Under the pieces are notes generated by a model. It was not told where the DNA came from. It worked only from the letters and a program-made list of their open reading frames with translations, and searched no databases. This document shows, piece by piece, positions 1 through 13,290 of a stretch of DNA of 64,000 nt. This DNA comes from Squalus acanthias. Its lineage: Eukaryota. Every line of letters begins with the position of its first letter. Positions within the stretch are counted from its first letter, which is position 1. A program made the translations under genes and the position numbers. The stretch covers positions 39,308,001 through 39,372,000 of the forward strand of contig CM059436.1 in assembly GCA_030390025.1 (NCBI GenBank), read 5' to 3'.

Positions 1-616
1 CAGTTCGGGGATGTGGAGGCCCGGTCAATCTTAATGGCGGGGCCTCATTTAAATAAAAGTTCCCGTCATCCGACCAGATTCATTACCTGGCCAGTGGGTG
101 GGAGCAGTAATTTGGTGGCAGGAGGCCGAAGCCAGTGGCCCGTGGGAACAGTCACTGACAGTCAGTGGCAGGAGGGGTCTAGAGGCGATCGGGGGGGGGA
201 GGCCAGGCCTGGGAGGCCCAAGGACTCCTTGCGACTTGGGGGGAGCACTCCTGCTCCTCCTGACCTACACACTCAAGGAGTTCTAACCAGAGCAAATTTT
301 TAAAACTCACCTTGGCCTCTTCTGGCCAGTGGCGCCTTCCACCATGGTTTTGCTATCGGGCTGTAGCCAATGTGGGATTCCCCTGATGTGAAGTTAATAT
401 TACGTTACGGTGCCGATGACGTCATCGGGTTGCAACTTTTGAATTTAAGTAGGCCCCCGCCTGCTTTTAGCGTGAGCCTCATCAATGGCCTGAATCGGCA
501 TCATAAAAATCACGGCAGCTGGGAACGCAGCGGGTTGGAGCCAGGAGCTAGAATTTTCACATTTTAACCCCTCCCATGCACTATTCTTGCTGGGTGAGGA
601 GGGTTAAAATCCTGTC
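1..616. mobile_element. Right part of a GC-rich non-autonomous DNA transposon (MITE-like, probably PIF/Harbinger group), truncated by the window edge
   Basis: CpG/GC-rich block ending in a TIR-like ...GGGTTAAAATCCTGTC before AT-rich DNA; internal palindromes (CCGATGACGTCATCGG 413-428); same style as the MITEs at 29110, 31763 and 33514. Confidence 0.6.
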
Positions 617-2821
617 TGGGGGTCTCTTGAGTGTTATGTATTTATGTGCTGGTTTGCTGCTGACTGTCCACGGAGTTTCTCTAACGTATCTATCTCCCTC
701 TCATGGTTTAGAACAGGCTGAGGAATACATTTTAAAGAAAATTGACTGGGTAAAAGAAAGTTATACTTGTATCTCTTAAACTCCAAAAGAGCTGCTAATA
801 AGACATATATACAAATAAAACTTGCAAGATGCATGTGTTTGAATTGAGTGGATTGACCTCTCCCTATAGACTTCTGTTCAGACACAACATCTATATTCTG
901 CAGTTGCCGTTTCAAAAAAGCTGGACCATTTTCCATGAATGAACCTGTTTCATGACAGAAAGAAAGTAGCCAATTCCATGTTACATTCTTTGTCACAATG
1001 GTTTTCTTAGCACTTGCACACTAGTATATTTCTTTTGCATTTAGCATCCAAATTTGGGATTTTAGAATTATGATTGCCAGAATATTTTCACTCATGTAAG
1101 AGAACATTTCTCCAAAATGTAGAGATATAAGCCAACCATGGTGTTCATTGTTTCTGTCTCAAACGCTTTCACTGTTTCTTTCTTTCACGTTCTTCAGTCT
1201 TTTGCTTTTTCAGTATAAACCTACTTGGAACTTTTGTTTTAATCACTATTTATTTCCCTTTATCCATTGGCGAACCGTTTGATATTTAAATTAAACAAAG
1301 CAACATTCCAGTGATAACAATAACTAGTGCGTAGCAACGTGCATTCTTTTGATCTGTTATCTATGTGTATTTTAAAACAGTTTATTTTAGATAAGTGCAT
1401 AGGAAAAATGAAAAGTTATTGATATATTTGATAAGCGTCTTAATTGCACTGAGGCTGTGAATGCTATCAGCCTGCTTTCGCTATCAGCATTTGAAAGCAA
1501 TTCTTCAATATTTGGTGATAATATTTTTGATTATGTCGTGACGTAATGTTTTGCTGTTAGGTGCACATGACCAGTTACATTTGATAAGACCAAAGACTCT
1601 GGAGTCAGTTGTCTGTGCTTTTTTTCACAAAGTTAGATAAAAAAGGAACAGTACCACACAGATATGGAAGGATAGTGCAACTTAAATGTATTTTCAATTA
1701 AGTATTTGAACTTGAATTTCAGTAGCTTGTTGGATATTTAAGTAATTCATTTTCAGGGCTGTTAATGTTTCTACACAATCTCAAAACATGCAAGCAAGTT
1801 ATGCTATATTTTGATTACTATAGTCATATTTTTTTGATGAAGATATTGAATGTAGTGATTGTCCATAAAGTCATAAAAATAATACTTTAATTTTGTGCCA
1901 AGAATAGTTTGATACTTTACTATAATTTCCTGTTTTGTAAATTAGTGCTTAAAAGAAAATGTAACTAATGGTGAAGTCAATCTTTTCATTGCATTACTTG
2001 CACTTCTCCCTCTTTCAATACTATGGTCAGAGCATTTGTATGCCCTATCCATTGCGATCATTTGTAGTGACTGATGCTGGGCTTTAATTTTCCATGAAAT
2101 GCATTTTTCTCCAGATGTTCCTATCATTTGAGACCGCAGTAGCTTGTTTAATATTTTATATTTAAAATGTCAGTTGATGCAAGTAAGTAATCATCAGATA
2201 ATGAAGCCTTTAGTAAACAACAGTCAATAGTTGTAATAATAGTATAAAATTTGTTGATGGCAGCAAGCATACAAGGGAAAATTGATATTATTCAAAGGAA
2301 TTGTGAGCAATTAGGCAAATAACCAGTAAGCATTGATTGTATGCAGACCAATGGGCTTGTTGAGGTTGTCCTACTTCAAGATAGAGTCCACCCTTGACAA
2401 CAGTGGCTAGACTGTCGGAAGGTATTGACTAGAGCAGTACCAGACGTATGAATGTTTAAGTCAAACATCTCCATTGACACCAGGAGCAAATGAATTGCTG
2501 TAGTTACACCTCGAAGTTCTGTATCAATAAAAAAAGTCCACACTCAATATCATAAACAAAGCTTCATGTGCTTTGCTTCTTCAGCTGAGGTATTCTCTCT
2601 AAGTCAGTGTTGTTGCTTGGAATTCTGTTGTTTACATGCAGAAGTTCAAATGCAGAGTTAACTATTACTTGCTGAACCAGAGTTGCTAGAGAAGGCATTA
2701 GGCTATTGAAAATATGTGACTTGCCCATTGGTACCCCAATTCAGTTTGCCCCATGTCTTTCAGTGCTCACAGAAATATAGATAATATAACGAGGAGTAGA
2801 CTTTACACAGGAACTGGGGTG

Positions 2822-2994
2822 GGGAGTGAAATTGGACTCTGGCAGTAGTGCAAAATGGGCAATAATGAATTGACAGCCTGTTTTACACCCTGGCCCATTG
2901 ATGCCAATAAAAAAGAAAATCGGGCGAGGTATAAAATGAGCTGCAATTCACTAGCGTCCGTTTTGCGCTACTGCCAGAGACCAATTTAACCCCC
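2822..2994. mobile_element. Short palindromic MITE
   Basis: Left arm GGGAGTGAAATTGGACTCTGGCAGTAGTGCAAAATGGGC.. matches the reverse complement of right arm ..GTCCGTTTTGCGCTACTGCCAGAGACCAATTTAACCCCC over about 70 bp; G-run/AAATT termini. Confidence 0.85.
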
Positions 2995-3691
2995 TGGGAG
3001 TCCTTATCTGTAATTTATATCAGGAAAAATGCAGAATAACAAACTTTTCTTTAAATTCCAGTTGGCTCTTGTGTCAATGTAGTAATTTTTTTTGTGGAAA
3101 ATAGTGTCAAATTAATGAGGCACCGGTCCTTGATCCTAGGTACATCTGGTTATTAAATCAGCTAAAAAATCCCCTGCCGCATTCGCAAAACTTGCCCACC
3201 TCTCCCAAAAATCTTCCTGGCAAAGTTACTGTGAACCAGCTGAAATATAAAGAAGGGTAGCCATGAGCCCTTTTTTCTGCTGAAACTTGTAGGGAAATTA
3301 AGTTTTGAAGGACTACTAGTTTGTGTGTTCAAGTCACCCTCATGACATCAGCCATATTTTGAATTTAAGATGTCATAAAAGTAGGCTTAACACAAGAACA
3401 AAGTCCTCAATGCTGAGGGAGCACAGAGTGCACTAACTAGAGGAATAAGAAACCAGAGAGAAATTTACTTCCAGCAGGAAAAAAAGATGGTTCTTGGCAT
3501 AACTAAGACCCTGAAATGATTGTGGATATGGCCTTTCACCAGACTGGGAGAAAATGCAGAATGGAGAAGAGAACGGTTAGAGTAGCATTGATAGGGGCTG
3601 AGGAATGGGGTGTGGAGCAGGAGAACCTAAAAGTAGGTGAGGAAAAATAACTTATAAAAAAAATAAGGAATTCGTTTCAAAAGCATCTCAA

Positions 3692-3825
3692 CATGCCGGA
3701 AAAGGAGTAGGTCATTCGGCCCACTAAGCCTGCTCCATCATTTTGGGAACCATAGCAGATCTATCTTTTTAATCCCCGATTCCTACCCTCTCTCCGTATC
3801 CTTTAATAATCTTATTTCCCAATAT
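3692..3825 (-). mobile_element. CR1 LINE 3' end fragment (old)
   Basis: GGAGTAGGTCATTCGGCCCACTAAGCCTGCTCC...CTCTCTCCGTATCCTTT aligns with the CR1 tails at 25500-25620 and 29690-29810. Confidence 0.75.
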
Positions 3826-4002
3826 AATTGGCAAACATGTGTTAGTTAACTACTAAATATCTTGTGAGACAATTTAACCTTGACTGTATTTCCTATTTTA
3901 GAACAATGTTAACAGTATAGTTTGAGGAGGGATTAGATAATGCAGTTATCTGTATATCATGTATGCTTAGAATTTTCATTTTTCTTTATTTTAATTCCAT
4001 GT

Positions 4003-4410
4003 TTGTGCTCATCAAGGAGTGCAGTGCCAAAACCAGGGCATCCAGGGTCTGTACCAAGCACATCCGAATCAGTATGGAATGATCAGATAAAGATTAAAGC
4101 TCCCTCTGTTTTGCTAATATGCCTCAGAACAGTACCCTCTTCAGCAGCAATGTGATTTTTCCATATTCTACACTAGCAGTGATCCTTGTGACCTCTAAAT
4201 CACCTATTTTAGTCAATTTAGTGCCGATAAGTGGCAAATTATGGGCACTTTTGTGCTGTGGACTCACACAAGCTAATAACTGAGTTGAGACTTCCTAAAT
4301 TTATTTCCCATCGAATCCGTACAGTGAGCAGAGGGAGGAGAGTTTCATCTGCTCGGTCTCTGCTGGACTAAAAGCCTTGTCCCAAAGATGAAAAGACAGC
4401 GTGACACCCA
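4003..4410 (-). mobile_element. Ancient LF-SINE-like SINE copy
   Basis: GTGCCGATAAGTGGCAAATTATGGGCACTTTTGTGCTGTGGAC...AACTGAGTTGAGAC resembles the reverse complement of the LF-SINE core as I recall it; similar to 34235-34580. Confidence 0.5.
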
Positions 4411-7254
4411 ACCCCTTTTATTAAGGACGTTTGATGTTTTTGGTCAGACTGCCTTCCCTTATTCAACGGGGTTCTTTTCCTCATACATTCTACAGGGCTT
4501 TGATTCGTAACAACCCTGTTACCATACATATATATAATGATGCATGCTTCAACATGCCTTAGCCAGTGCTATACTGTGCACTCCGTGGGAGCATCAGCCC
4601 TCGAAATAAATCAGGTTCTCCTCATGTAAACACCATGACAGCCTTTAGGCATTTTAACAAGGTAAAACACTGGAACTCTTAAGTTATTTAGGATGAAATG
4701 ATTTGAATTGGATCTGAGTCCCATGTAAACTGAACTTAAGAGGCTTATTTCCCAAGCTGTTCTTTATTAGCTGAAATTATTGTCCACCAATTGTGCACAT
4801 TACAGCTACACAGCATGCTGCTGCCAGAGAGAGTCTAAACAGCAAAAAATGTAGAAGCAACTGAAATAGCAGGGCATGGAGTTCAAATGTAAAAAAATTG
4901 GCAACACGTTTCTACTATACCTCCTACTGCATTGGAGGCATTTGTTCAGGTACCCAATTACAGTAATGTGGTATGCAGTACCTTGATAGGTGTTTCTATA
5001 CCAAGCCAGAAAAAACAATTGTAATCCTTTAAATGCACTTAAGAAATTGATGTTACAGCCCCACAATCTGTTGCAGGACTTGCTTCCTGGCTGATTGCAA
5101 GCATTTCTATCTTAATTGGATCACTGGAATGTGATCTGTATTTTGGTTTTAAGATTATGTAAGACTGTGACTTTGTTGTGACAGCCTAAAACAGATGCTG
5201 AATTGATGGATATTCTGACCCTTAATGTAGATAAGTGGTATTTGCAAATCTGTCCACATAGATCCTTGGAAAAACTGCATTAAAAAAGACAGTGTCCATC
5301 TTGTGTAGGAACTTTAACTTAATTTTCATTTCTTTAATTTAATACCATAGCTGCACAGAACTGCCATAGATCAGCCCAACAGATTCTGAGATGAATTGTT
5401 TATTAATCCATTTTTAAATTGTACTGAAAGTGGATTTATAGCAATGACATATTTATGGTATTGTATGTGGTATTTGGTTTAGTTTATAAGTCATATTGAT
5501 TTTGTAAGTCATCAGACCCCAAAGGACAACATATTTCCTGCTATTATTTAATATAACCCCCATAACCAAAACTAGTCATAAAGTACATGAATGTTGCTAC
5601 AGTTAGCTTTGATTCACACTCCTTATTTAGAATGGTTAGGACCAGATATTTGCCTTCACAGTCACATTCTTGAACTGAACGATATGCCAGAGTCTATACC
5701 AAAATGTACTATTTGCTAAAGTAAATGTAATTTTGAAGAGCTAAAGTAGAAAATGTTCCTCTGATATCATAGATGTGAAAGTACTGTCTTAATAGTGAAC
5801 TTGATTACTAAACATCAAGAATGAATAAGCATGTGGCATGTTTAATGGGAACCATTTTAGCTTTTGTTGCACTGTATTGCACAGTAGTTCAAAGTAGTGT
5901 CTGGAATTTCTTACAGAATTTGTAGGTGTACTTGAAGGTTTTGATCATATGCATTACATGAACTAAAGATATGTCAGGGTTAGTGACATGTAATTCTGAA
6001 AGGTTCTGAACAGAGTCAGTAACAATTTAGCTTGTTGAATACAGAATTTAAAGGAATGTGTGATTTTATTCTTCTCTATCCAAGCCCTCCTTGTCAACAT
6101 GTCCAAATCAGACTCCGCCAATTTTTTATAATGAGTATCGTGAACATGTTATTTATTTTAAGGCCACTTTAAAATTAATAGCCATCATACTGTGCACACT
6201 ACAGCAACCAAGCTAGTTATACACTTAATATAAGCTGTCTAATCGTTATCAGGTTTCTTTCCCTTATAAAATGTACACGCTTAAAAAAAATTGATATGAT
6301 TTGACTCTTTACCCTTGAAATTAGCCACTGTTATAATAATGTGATAAAATAATCTGGGGAACCAGTTGGTGAAGGTTGAATGAACTTCCTCAATACTAGG
6401 CCTGCTGTATGTACTATGAACCAGCATCAAGGGCAATGCACATTTAGTCACATGGGATTGCAAGTTGTGTTCTAAGGACACCTTCGATAGTGTCCAAATG
6501 ATGGATGTGGGGCTCATTTACTACCCTTCCCTCATTCTACCCCAGGTGTAGCTGAGACCTATGTAATACTAAGGGCATAGTCACAGCATGATCAAAAGGT
6601 AAAAACAGAAGAAGAAGGCAACTTGTTATCAGATACTCATAGGATGGTATGATTTAGTGTTATTTGATCTAAGCCTGATGTATGGGGAAAACAGTTTCTG
6701 CTAGATGTTGCAAAATGTTTCCAGCAAATACTAATAAATTACAAGCTGTGTAAAGCTCTGCCTCTGGTCTGTTGGATAGGTGTGATACTTGTACTGGATT
6801 TTGTGGCGTGATATTTTAGTCCATCAACATACTAGTTAAAATGGATATTCCTCCCTTGGTATAATGCACATGTAACTTGGTGTCTGAAGGTCTTATCGTT
6901 AAGATTTTAGACCACCCTTCCTCTTAATGGGTTCCCCTTATGGCAAATGTGATAACAGGACAGGATGAATGGGTTGCCCTTGGGTTTAAGAATCACCTCA
7001 CCTTTTTCTGTATAGAAGGATGTGCAAGTTCTCGATTGTATTGCAGAGAATAATCACCTGTTTGTTCACTTGCAGTAAATATATGGCTTTGCAGCTTTAA
7101 GATCTTGTAACTTCCCATTATTTATACAGTAAAAGCTCTAGTTTTCTTCCTGGGATCTTATTAGGATTTTACTAGCATTCATGGTTTATTTTATCTAGTC
7201 ACTTCTTACAATTTTTTTTCCAGTCTAAAGCACTGTTTATTGTATAACTGTACT

Positions 7255-7490
7255 GGTGTTTTCATTGATTAATTATAGTTAATTCATTTTCCATCAGTTA
7301 AATGATTTTTAATCAATTAATTTACTTGTCATTAAGCCAGCAAGTAGTCATTTGATCCAGCTGTTCAAATACTCTTATACAAAAAAAGTACTGCATTATG
7401 ATAAAATGAGCATCGCATTTATTTTGAACCTTCAGTTTATTAGCAGGGCAATTAACACAAGTTTAATGTAATGTGAACAAGCTAGTTTTC
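7255..7490. repeat. Old dispersed repeat, copy 1 (probably hAT-type MITE relic)
   Basis: Collinear with 15980-16240: TGATTAATT...TTTAATCAATTAATT(T/G)ACTTGT...TCATTTGATC..G.TGTTC. Confidence 0.6.
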
Positions 7491-10169
7491 ACTCAAATGT
7501 AATGTTAACATTTACTATGACACAGGATGTCTAAATATTTCAGATGAATATTGAATATTGAATATTTCAGATGGCATCATGTGGGAACAAACCTCAAATG
7601 GTTTCCACATACCATCTGAATCCAGTCTTTAACTCCTTTCTAGATTATATATATTTTTAATATGTTTTAAGCAAATAAATTGTTAAAGCTGCGGAAATAA
7701 AAGTCAGCTGCCACTGCTGCTCTCTCTGTAAGGCGAAGCCACTGAAGTTTGGTGACCGTGTTTGGTTCACCATGATCTTGCAATGCCATTAGTTCTATAT
7801 AGTAGAAGCTGCTCAATGTGATCACCCTTGGGAACTAACCTTATGGTAACCCAAGCAGAAGTGGCCATTTTATTGCAGAGGAGAAATTTTGTTTTCTTTG
7901 AAACATTATAATTCACAAAAAAAATTATATAATTTTACAGTCATTCTAGATACAGATTTAAAAAAATGTAAATTTACTTGTCAGGGTATAATACAGAAAT
8001 AAAACTTTAAACTTATTAACTTATACAGTAGTAATTACTGATCTCACAAAGTGAATTTGTGTAGAAGAATGACAGTGCAATCATTTTAGTACAAAGTGGT
8101 TTCAACTGCACTAATAAACTGAGATAACTGGATGATTCAGTGAAAAAAAATGATGTTTTGACTCTTTTAGTTTAAAAATGCAATAAATATAATTTTTCAC
8201 ATTTAAATAATTGTTTCGCCGGTTTTATTTTCTGGCTGCATTGTGAAGATGAAAGTAATGGTATAACCACTGACAATTTGTTTAATGAGTCCTGTAGCAC
8301 AGTATTTTGTTTGGATTAAGAATTCTGATACATTTATGTATAATTTATACATTTAATGATTCAGTTCATTATTATAATTTCACGCAGCCAAATAATATAT
8401 ATATTTCATGTCTGTTGCTTAGGTAAGTGCAAATGAAAACTATTATGCTGGTTTGGTTCCAGACATAGATCTTTATTCTTTAAAAAGAAATAAACTGGCA
8501 GTTACAGAAATAAGAGAAGTCAAAATCTTTTGTCTTAACACATTGTAGGAAGAGCGTGCTTATCTGTAGATCTAGTAAACTAAAGTGGTTCGAAGAAAAT
8601 GACTCTGAAGTAATTTTATAACTACTTTTCTTTGATACAAGCCTCTTTTCTCTCGTATTTGTAAACATCACTTTCACTGTCTTCCATTTTTGCAATCTCT
8701 TTTGTCTCTGCCACTCAAACTATTCCAGCCCTATGCCAATTCTCACGTGGCATAATAGTTTCTGTTTTGCCGGTGCCTTGTCAAGTTTGATTCAACAACA
8801 CAAGGGCTTTAAATTAGCTGAGACGTTACCATGCTGGGCTTCCTGTGCTGCCACAGATAGTTGTAGATCTGCTGAACCACTTGACGCACAAATTGATGAT
8901 TACACTGAAAGAATAAGAAATTGCTAGCGGCGGACACCTTTTTTCATTCAGGCTCGCCCATTTAAAAACAAGGAGAATTCCCTTCACTTCTTGCTGCCTT
9001 GCTGCTAGTCTTATTGTGTTGGTGCCAGCTTCCTGCCGTGTGATTACAGCCTGGCTACATCGGGTAGTTCCTGTGAATTTTGAATCAAATAGCTTCTACA
9101 AACGTGCCACAAATTTCAATAACTTGCACCACTGTTTCCAGAAGACAGACCATTTATCAAGGCTATTATTGGTGAGTTTTAACTGGTGGGGAAAATGCAC
9201 ATTCCATCGGAAAAGATGTAAAATTTCTCTTATGTTAAGTAAGGGAAATACATTGTAATCGAAGGTGGTCATCTTAAAAAAAAAAACCCTTATTGACAAT
9301 AAGTGCAAAGATCTACTATGCACCAGTAAATAATTCATAAATATGCACTATATTGGTGGATTATACTATTGCACTTAAACTACAGTAGTAAAAGCTAAGG
9401 AAATATAAAAATTAGCTGTGTATATAATAATTGATTTATTTGGAATTTGGTTTCAGAAAGCTAACTGGCCAATAATTTGTCCAAGCCTCCTCTGAACAGA
9501 AACTTATTTTGTATTAAAAGAATAAAGACAAGATATTTTATAAAATCTTCTTTCCCTCTTTGCCATCATCCTTCAACCAGCCTATAAGGACACGTGTTTG
9601 TAGATAGGTCAGCTGCCCGACCCACCCGTCTTTTTTTCTTCTCCCCGTGAGATAGTAGGCTTCAATATTTTTAACTGAACTTCTCCCAGTTTTGCATACC
9701 TAACCCTCCATTCTCTGCTACTGTGGATCACCAGCAAAGAAAACATAACAGCTGAGCAATTCCAATCTCAGTGCTGGTTAGTAATTTGACTAATATGCTT
9801 TAAAGGAAGATACAGGTCAATTGGAATCCAGCCTATAGCGGAATTAAGCATAGCAACCTGACAGCCTCACTATAAATACTGGCTGGCCTTCACTCTTAGA
9901 ACACGAAACCCTGTCACCTCAGAACTGTGACGACCAAACCCTTTTGTCGATGAAAATAGATCGATAGAGTTTTTAAAACTGGCAATACAGTTTTTTGGTT
10001 GATATTCAATTTTGAAATGAGGAGATTTTTTCCTATGCATTTTTATCTCTGATTTTTGATGATACTTGAGTTAATCCCTGTGGAAATCATTTGTTGACCC
10101 TCTTACTTGAGAGGGTGGGATGGAATTGGCTCTAAGTCGTTTCAGAGCTGTTGAAAATTCAACACTGTT

Positions 10170-10800
10170 CAGCCAAAGGGAAATGTTCTTGCAGCATGGT
10201 AAGCAGACTTAGGTTTTCCTTTCTTCCCTTTACGCTGAGATGGAGCATGGCTCCTTGGTGCCACTCAACTTATTAAATCCATGTGGTTGCAAGAACTGTG
10301 ATCTACTGTACTACCTGCATTGCTGGTCTACTGTGACTGCTTGTTAGTGTGCCCTTGAATTATTTGCTGAATCATTTGTCAATGTTTTGAATATCTCCAA
10401 AACCTTCAACAACATTAGCACTTTGTGCTTCTAACGAAGTGACCATCATAAGGGGTCCCACGAAAGCTATCTAGTTTCTCTCAAATCATTCCAACTGTGC
10501 TGGAGTTGCTGGCTTGAGCCTATGTTTTTTCATGAAGTCACCGATCCACCCAGGATTCTGCCATCTTTATTTGTAGTACTATAGTCAGTGGTTCTGAGTT
10601 TTCCTTACTTGCTCCTTCTAAATTCCAAGTACACCATTCTACACACTTTTCCTATTACATAGATCCCCAAAATGTTAAAATCAATACTTAATATACAGCA
10701 GTGTCACCCACTCTTACTCATTCTTTCTCAGGACCATAAGACTGTGGAACTCAATAGCTCCTTCACCCTTTCTTGGCTCGTACAATTCTTAGGCTTTTAT
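10170..10800 (+). mobile_element. Highly decayed LINE ORF2 C-terminus (CR1 group, Zenon-like)
   Basis: Around 10718-10755 translates SFFLRTIRLWNS, a typical CR1-group RT C-terminal motif; remnants upstream are weak, so boundaries are approximate. Confidence 0.45.
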
Positions 10801-11504
10801 AATCAAGGTTGAACTCACCTGATTGTTCATTCCTGATTTATCTTATCATTATTTACAGCTCTGGTGGTGTACTGCACAATGAGTCTTCCTTCACCTTGAT
10901 TTCTCAATTAAAAAGAAACATAGATTAACCATTTGCGAGTTCCAAAACATCCGGTAATATTTTAGAAAACAATCTACTTCACAATTGAAGTGATTCTGTT
11001 TTATAACATAGATTAACTAAAAAAAAAATCACCTAATAAATTAAAGATTGCAACTCAGTAACAGGAGCTCTGAATAAAGTATTAGATTTATTTCACTGCT
11101 CATTAATTAGTCATTCATTTTTTTTTCAGTATAACCAAGCAGGTACAAGTGTTCCTATCCATAACCTGCCTGTACCCTACTGTCAGTAATTCCATCAATT
11201 TTTAAATGGTTCTGAATTTTTTTTTATGTTAAGTTCTGAATAATTTGAGCTCCTAGTCTCAAAACTCAAATGCTAATGTACTTTGCTGCCTTTGAGTATT
11301 CATTTCTGGCAAGGAGGTATCTTTGGGGAACATTTAAGAGGACCGGTTGCAGCAACAAGTTCATTTTGCATTTAAAAAAAGAGAAATTGACTTGTGTTTG
11401 TTTTACTACAGATGCATGCACATCTATCCTACAGCTGGGATCTAAATCTATCTTCTCTACACACTTCAGGGGAATGTGCCGAGAAGATAGATATTAGTAG
11501 AAGA

Positions 11505-12060
11505 AGGGATGTTACAAAAACTGGAGGCACTGGGAGTAGATAAGAACATGATGGCATGCACCAGGGGATTCTTAAGGAAATGAGAGAAAGTAAAGGAACA
11601 CTGGCAGAACTGTTTGGCAGCTCATTGATAACTGAGAAAATGAGTAAGAAGAGGAAAGTTGCTAATATAATACAATAAAAAATGTGGCAGAGGCATGACT
11701 TGAGAAATTATGAACTCGTTAGTGTACCTTGGCATCTTTAATACATTGATGAAGTGATTTGAATATTATGAAGAAGTCAAATTGTAATTATTTACTTTGT
11801 AAATTTACTGGATTTTATTGAGGTAATCAAAATATTGTATTATTTTGCCTTTCAAAAGGCATTTTGTAAAGCATCTCGCTGCAGCTTGGTAGGAAGTGTG
11901 AGGGCTTATGAAATTAGGGGCAGCAAAATAAACTAGCCCAACAACTAGGATAAGTTCCCACTGTTTGAACTAGGGGTGGATAGCTGATGGACCTTCAGTT
12001 CGATTTTTCACAATTTAATGCGTTACCTAGAGTTTACAAGTACAAATTTCTGAATTTCCT
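11505..12060 (+). mobile_element. Highly decayed CR1 reverse-transcriptase fragment
   Basis: Frame-broken remnants of VDK..DGMH..ILKEMRE, LAELF..SL, KVANII, NY..VS, NLLDF.E and F.FQKAF.K in the order expected for CR1 RT. Confidence 0.7.
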
Positions 12061-12973
12061 TTTGAACCAAAATATTTAACGGCAAATTTGAGGAAATACA
12101 ATTCTGGTTTTACAGTAGTGATAAAAGTAACAGCTGGTAAATTATTTTTTGAAATGGATTGGAATTCTAATACAAGCAGACATGGTTTCAAAATTACTTA
12201 TTAAACGAGTTTAAAGGAGATCCCTCATTTTAGACTGATTTATGGACGTTTTCAAAAGGGAACTGGATAGATGTTTTGTTGCAGGATAAAATGTCACCTT
12301 TTGGGCAAGGTAGTGATCGAAAAGATTGTAGTTTTGTGCATACAGTAATTGGAGGACAAGAACGGATCATTGCGTGGGTTGACGCAATAAACTGAATTTG
12401 CACTGAATGACCGTTTCTCATTTTGAAGATTTATGTGCTAAGGCTGTACAGTATCCCAACATTTACAAATCCCTTGTAACCACAGATTGCACAGCATTTC
12501 AAATTCTCCCCTGAACCCAGATTAGACTGCATTTACCTCACATGCTTACCTCGCCTCCTGATTGCGCAGCATACCCTACTCATTCACAACTCCCTCTTCA
12601 CCGTAGAACACAGAATTCTGCATTTTTTATTCCTTCCTGGACACAGTATGCCACTCATTGGTAATCTCTCCTGTTGTAGGCACTACATTACATGAACTCT
12701 TGTTCACTGGGGAAGTAAGTGAACAGCTTTATACTAATGATTTTCAGACTGAACTAGTAAACTATTCCCAAATGCCAAGGGAATCCTAATTGACCATAAA
12801 TATTGCAATATTTTACAAAACATTACCTGCCCTGGACTAAAATAGTATGTATATTGACATAATGGTATTGACCCCATATACTTATTTACATTAGTCATAC
12901 CTTACAAATTCTATCCAGATTAATGCACCAAATCATGCATACTGTACATTAACGTTTTAGATCCTAGTTGTGT

Positions 12974-13290
12974 CTATCTCTGTAACCTCCTCCAACCCTA
13001 CAACCCCCTGAAATCTCTGTGCTCCTTCAATTCTGGCCTCTTGCGCATCACCGATTTTCATCACTCCACTTAGGCCCTAAGCTCTGGAATTCCCTCCCTA
13101 AGCCTCTCTGCCTCTCTATCTCTTTCTTCTCCTTTATCGCTCCTTAAAACCTACCTTGGTGACCTCACCTGTCCTAATATCTCTTTATGTGGCTCTGTGA
13201 CAAATTTTGTCTGATTACGCTTCTGTGAAGCGCCTTGGGACGTTTTTACTACATTAAAGGCGCTATATAAATGCAAGTTGTTGTTGTTGT
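12974..13290 (+). mobile_element. L2 LINE 3' fragment
   Basis: Closely similar to 40063-40420 (TAGGCCCTAAGCTCTGGAATTCCCT...GTGAAGCGCCTTGGGACGTTT..TACTACATTAAAGGCGCTATATAA) with a (GTT)n tail; two internal deletions. Confidence 0.9.
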
